From positions 50,435 through 114,434 of the forward strand of contig CALRVC020000006.1 of assembly GCA_943371515.1 (NCBI GenBank): 64,000 nt of DNA, in the 5' to 3' direction. The stretch's first letter is position 1. Each line of letters opens with the position of its first letter. The notes beneath the pieces were generated by a model. That model made no database searches, was not told the DNA's origin, and worked only from the letters and a program-made list of their open reading frames with translations. A program made the position numbers and the translations under genes. The stretch is from Synechococcus sp. UW140 (GTDB taxonomy: Bacteria; Cyanobacteriota; Cyanobacteriia; PCC-6307; Cyanobiaceae). Below are positions 60,310 to 64,000 of this stretch, one piece after another.

Positions 60310-61547
60310 CAGCGTGAGGGGAGATCCCAGTAGCGGATCTGCCAGGGCCAGCGATCGGGAATGCAGAGAAAGCTGTCGTCAAGGCCGCAGGGCAGCAGGC
60401 GCGAGGGCAGCAGGCGCTCCATCAACCAGTAATCAACCGTGACGAACAAAGCTGGCAGCACCGCCCAATGGCATTGGTAACGGTTCAACCAGGCCAGATA
60501 CACAACCAACAGAAACAAGCCCACCACATCGGCGAGGCGACTGGTGATCTGCGGAAACCATACGGCCTGCACCGACCATTGCATCAGGTGGTAGAGAAGG
60601 CCGAACAGGATCAGCTGACGGGTGACACCGCAGCTCAACAAGGTGCGCCAGCTCAGCCTCCGCCGCCAGCAGGCGAGCAGTACCCCCAGCAGCATCGCCT
60701 GCTGGAGCCTCCCCACCGCCGGATCCAGGGGGTACTTGTTGAAGTAGCTCTCCTGCTGGACGTAGGTCGCCAGTTTCTCCACCGCCGTTGGCAGGGCCAG
60801 AGCCACCAGCAGCGCCAGGCCGGCGACCAGTGCGGCGACGGCCACCAGGGCGATCGCACCAGCAGGCCGGCGCAGACGCCGACGCAGCAGGGCCAGAGTC
60901 GTGGTCCGCCCCGCCAGCAGCCCCGGCAGAAGTGCCAGCGTGAGGGAGCCGGCGAAGGCGGTGTGCATCGTGAGTGAGAGCAGGGCGAGCAGGCCGGCCC
61001 AGCGCCTCCGCACCTCGGCCAGCTGACCCGCCCAGAGCAGCAGAGGCACCAGCAGCAGCGTGGCCAGGGCCTGGCGGCTGACGCCGTTCTGGAGAAAGTT
61101 GCGCAGCAGCGGACTGCAGCAGATCAACAGGCTCCACCAGCCTGCCCAGGCAAGGGCCCGCCAGCGCCATGCCAACAACAGCGGCGCCAGGGCATAGCCG
61201 GCCACCACCAGCCCATGCACGGCCGACATGCGGTAGGGCAGCCGCACCACCCAGGGGGCCACCAGCAGCCAGAAGGCCTCCCCCTTGACGCGGGAGAGAT
61301 CGAAACTGAAGTAGTAGCTCAGCTTGGTGGTGTCACTGTTGCCCCAGCTGGCGAGAGTGAAGAACAGCCCCACCAGGGCCACCAGGGCCAGGGCCGCCAT
61401 CCACCAGAAGGCAGCCCGCTGGCGCACCCCCGCCCAGGCCATGGCGGCCGCCAGCACCAGCTGGGCGGCAAAGAGACCAGCCATCAGCAGCGGCGCCGCT
61501 GTGACCTGATCAAGGCGAAACGGCGCGACCGACGGGAAGGCCAGCAC
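60309..61547 (-). CDS. EpsG/Wzy-like polysaccharide polymerase, paralogue A
   Basis: About 10 TM segments; SRQALA, MHTA and TSRLAD motifs; TGATG overlap with paralogue B. Confidence 0.65.
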   Translation of the reverse strand: MLAFPSVAPFRLDQVTAAPLLMAGLFAAQLVLAAAMAWAGVRQRAAFWWMAALALVALVGLFFTLASWGNSDTTKLSYYFSFDLSRVKGEAFWLLVAPWVVRLPYRMSAVHGLVVAGYALAPLLLAWRWRALAWAGWWSLLICCSPLLRNFLQNGVSRQALATLLLVPLLLWAGQLAEVRRRWAGLLALLSLTMHTAFAGSLTLALLPGLLAGRTTTLALLRRRLRRPAGAIALVAVAALVAGLALLVALALPTAVEKLATYVQQESYFNKYPLDPAVGRLQQAMLLGVLLACWRRRLSWRTLLSCGVTRQLILFGLLYHLMQWSVQAVWFPQITSRLADVVGLFLLVVYLAWLNRYQCHWAVLPALFVTVDYWLMERLLPSRLLPCGLDDSFLCIPDRWPWQIRYWDLPSR

Positions 61548-61552
61548 GGCGC

Positions 61553-62677
61553 TCAGGAGGCGGGAGCGGACCGGCGCCGGTCCAGCAACAGATCACGCAG
61601 GGCCGGGACCGGCTGCAGCGCATCGAAGCCCCAGTAGGGATCGAGCAGGCGTCGCACGCTGTCCTGGTAACCAGGCTCCGCCGACCCCAGCACCTCCCGC
61701 AGGAGAGTGCTCAGGCGCTGCCGCTCGGTCCACTCAGCGGCCTCCTCCTCAGCCTTGGCGCCGGCCAGGGCCGAGAGGTCCTGCTCGGCTTCCGCCTCGA
61801 TCCAGTGCAGCCGTGCTCCCAGGGCCACCCCATAGCCGAGGTGGGTGCCGAAGGCATTACTGGCCAGACCATCACTGAGCTCCAACAGGGTGCGCATCGC
61901 GTCGAGGAACCAGGGGTTGGAGCGATGCCCATTGCAGGCCACGATCCATTCCGGCGGCAGCTGCAGGAGCTCGGGGTCCTTCCAGTGGCGCAGCCAGATC
62001 AGCGAGCGGTAACCGCCGGACTCCATCAGCCCGCGGACCTCCGCCACGCAGCGGTCCAGATCCATGCGCCGCTCCACCTGATCCCAGCTGTGGGCCAGCA
62101 CCACCAGCAGGGTGGGGCCGAGCTCGGCGCGCAACTGGCTGATCGCCTCGACCGTGAGCAGGGGGCGGGCATAGGCGATCCAGGGGCCGATGGCATGGGC
62201 TGGCAGCCCGAAACGCTCCCGCAGCCAGCGGGCCCGCAGGGGTCCCATGCAGAGGTAGCCGCGGGTCCAGGGGCGCGGACTCTCGAAGGTGGCCTCCCGG
62301 CTCACCTTGAGGCCGTGCTCCAGCAGGTGGGGGAGCGGCGCCCCGATCAACGGCAGGCCCGCATGGCGCTTGAGCTGGATGTCGTGGCCATAGTGGTGGG
62401 AGGAGTTCTCCAGCTCGCGCCGGGCCGGGCTGAAGAACGGCTTGGTGGAGACGGCGGAGCGGAAGGCATGACGATCCCAGAGGTCGGCACTCACCCGGGG
62501 GGAGAAAGGCCGCTGGCCGAAGGCCTGATGCACCAGTCCCCTGTAGGCGGCCAGGGCCTGCCACTCATCCCGGTCCAGCCGTTCCAGCCGGCCGATCGGA
62601 CCGAGCCGTCCGGCCCTGACAGCCTGGCGCAGCCCGGCGCGCAACCGCTCCCGCAGGCCTGTAAGGCGCTCAGCCAT
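61553..62677 (-). CDS. Hypothetical protein coupled to kdsC; putative glycosyltransferase
   Basis: Long ORF with YGH..LK.HAG, LEHG, IGPWIAYA, LAHS, RHWKD and SNAFGTHLGY segments; overlaps the kdsC stop. Confidence 0.55.
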   Translation of the reverse strand: MAERLTGLRERLRAGLRQAVRAGRLGPIGRLERLDRDEWQALAAYRGLVHQAFGQRPFSPRVSADLWDRHAFRSAVSTKPFFSPARRELENSSHHYGHDIQLKRHAGLPLIGAPLPHLLEHGLKVSREATFESPRPWTRGYLCMGPLRARWLRERFGLPAHAIGPWIAYARPLLTVEAISQLRAELGPTLLVVLAHSWDQVERRMDLDRCVAEVRGLMESGGYRSLIWLRHWKDPELLQLPPEWIVACNGHRSNPWFLDAMRTLLELSDGLASNAFGTHLGYGVALGARLHWIEAEAEQDLSALAGAKAEEEAAEWTERQRLSTLLREVLGSAEPGYQDSVRRLLDPYWGFDALQPVPALRDLLLDRRRSAPAS

Positions 62678-63251
62678 TGCGGTCACGCCAGCCGGCACGG
62701 CTCAGCACCCGCCACTCGTCCCGTGCCCTCAGGATCGCCTCGGCCAGGGAGCGCACGGCGCCTTGGCCGCCGCCGGCAGCGAGCACCGCATCGGCCTGAC
62801 GGCGCAGGGGCCTCACCGCATCAGCCGGACAGAGCAGCAGGCCAACCCCCGGCCGCACCGCCAGATCATTGAGGTCGTCACCCACAAAAGCGGTCTGGGA
62901 GATGGTCATGCCCAGGCTGCTCTGCAGCTGCGCCAAAGCCTCGGGCTTGTCCTTGACTCCGGTCAGGCACTGGCTGATGCCCAGATAGCGGGCCCGCTGC
63001 TCGGTGGCACCGCTCTTGCCGCCGCTGAGCAGCGCCACCTCGAGGCCCGCCTGCTGCAGCAGCCGGATCCCGAGACCATCGCGCACATCGAAGCGCTTGA
63101 TCACCTCCCCAGACTCCGTGGTCCAGAGACCCCCGTCGGTGAGCACCCCATCCACATCCAGCACCAGCAGCCGCAGGGCCCGCAGCCGCTGACGCCAGCG
63201 CCAGGCCAGCAGGGCCGGCTGGCGCCAGGGCAAGACCAGAGGCCCACTCAC
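62670..63251 (-). CDS. kdsC: Kdo-8-phosphate phosphatase
   Basis: [21 protein letters not shown] and FVGDDLNDL motifs. Confidence 0.95.
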   Translation of the reverse strand: MSGPLVLPWRQPALLAWRWRQRLRALRLLVLDVDGVLTDGGLWTTESGEVIKRFDVRDGLGIRLLQQAGLEVALLSGGKSGATEQRARYLGISQCLTGVKDKPEALAQLQSSLGMTISQTAFVGDDLNDLAVRPGVGLLLCPADAVRPLRRQADAVLAAGGGQGAVRSLAEAILRARDEWRVLSRAGWRDRNG

Positions 63252-64000
63252 AGCACCGTGACGGCCTCCCCCTGCTCCTGCAGGGGGGCGCGGATGGCCA
63301 GCAACTGCTCCAGCAGCGGCTCGACCCGATGCAACGGCACCATGTTCGGCCCATCGCTGAGGCCCCGGTCGGGATCGGGATGCACTTCCATGAACAGGCC
63401 ATCGATGCCGACCGCAGCTGCTGCCCGCGCCAGGGGTGCCACGAATTCACGCTGGCCACCGCTGCTGCTGCCGCGGCCTCCAGGCTGCTGCACCGAATGG
63501 GTGGCATCGAAAATCACCGGGCAACCCAGGGCGCGCAGCTGGGGCAGACTGCGGAAATCGACGACGAGGGTGTTGTACCCGAAGCTGGAGCCCCGCTCGG
63601 TGAGCCAGAGGTTCTCCACCCCGGCCTCCCGCAGCTTGGTCACCACCTGGGCCATATCCCAGGGGGCGAGGAACTGGCCCTTCTTGACGTTGATGATCTT
63701 GTCGGTGCCACGCACCGCCTCGGCAGCCGCCAGCAGCAGATCGGTCTGGCGGCAGAGGAAGGCAGGAATCTGCAGCACATCCACCACCTCAGCCACGGGG
63801 CCCGCCTGCTGGCTTTCGTGGATGTCGGTGAGCACCGGCAGGCCGAAGCGCTGCTTCACTTCCTTGAGCACCTGCAGTCCCCCGCTGACTCCAGGGCCGC
63901 GGAAGGAGCCCCCGGAGCTGCGGTTGGCCTTGTCGAAGCTGGCCTTGAAGATGTAGGTGATGCCCAGCCGCTCGGCGATCGCCTGCATCCGCTCAGCCAC
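63248..64000 (-). CDS. kdsA: Kdo-8-phosphate synthase (5' end outside window)
   Basis: [36 protein letters not shown] and [10 protein letters not shown] motifs. Confidence 0.98.
   Translation of the reverse strand: MAERMQAIAERLGITYIFKASFDKANRSSGGSFRGPGVSGGLQVLKEVKQRFGLPVLTDIHESQQAGPVAEVVDVLQIPAFLCRQTDLLLAAAEAVRGTDKIINVKKGQFLAPWDMAQVVTKLREAGVENLWLTERGSSFGYNTLVVDFRSLPQLRALGCPVIFDATHSVQQPGGRGSSSGGQREFVAPLARAAAAVGIDGLFMEVHPDPDRGLSDGPNMVPLHRVEPLLEQLLAIRAPLQEQGEAVTVL

Overview
High-GC picocyanobacterial chromosome segment, most consistent with Cyanobium / cluster 5.2 Synechococcus (inferred from psaC, psbK, cyanobacteria-specific DUFs and gene order). Bases 1-23 kb and 38-44 kb are core genes: amt-glnK, ispH, purH, Hik2-like kinase, cobS, tgt, psbK, GH15, glmS, psaC, acpP, fabF, tkt, thiC with TPP riboswitch, ruvB, smpB. 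Two surface-glycan regions interrupt them. (1) A ~14.8 kb island between tkt and thiC carries a mycobacterial-type polyprenyl-phospho-arabinofuranose-like pathway: DPPR synthase, DprE1, DprE2 and a HAD phosphatase fused to a flippase-like domain. It also carries a GT2-GtrA fusion, a second GtrA, an extra flavin-oxidoreductase/NAD-epimerase pair, two GT-C membrane transferases, IS scars and a GluR0-like channel. (2) A Kdo cluster from 44.2 kb to the window end has kdsD, kdsB, kdsC and kdsA but no waaA in the window. It includes tandem Wzy/EpsG-like polymerases, tandem GT2s, a plant CDI-like GT and three unannotated GT-B-like proteins that are candidate CMP-Kdo transferases. No rRNA, tRNA, CRISPR or integrase was seen. 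All family assignments come from motif recognition by eye; no searches were run.
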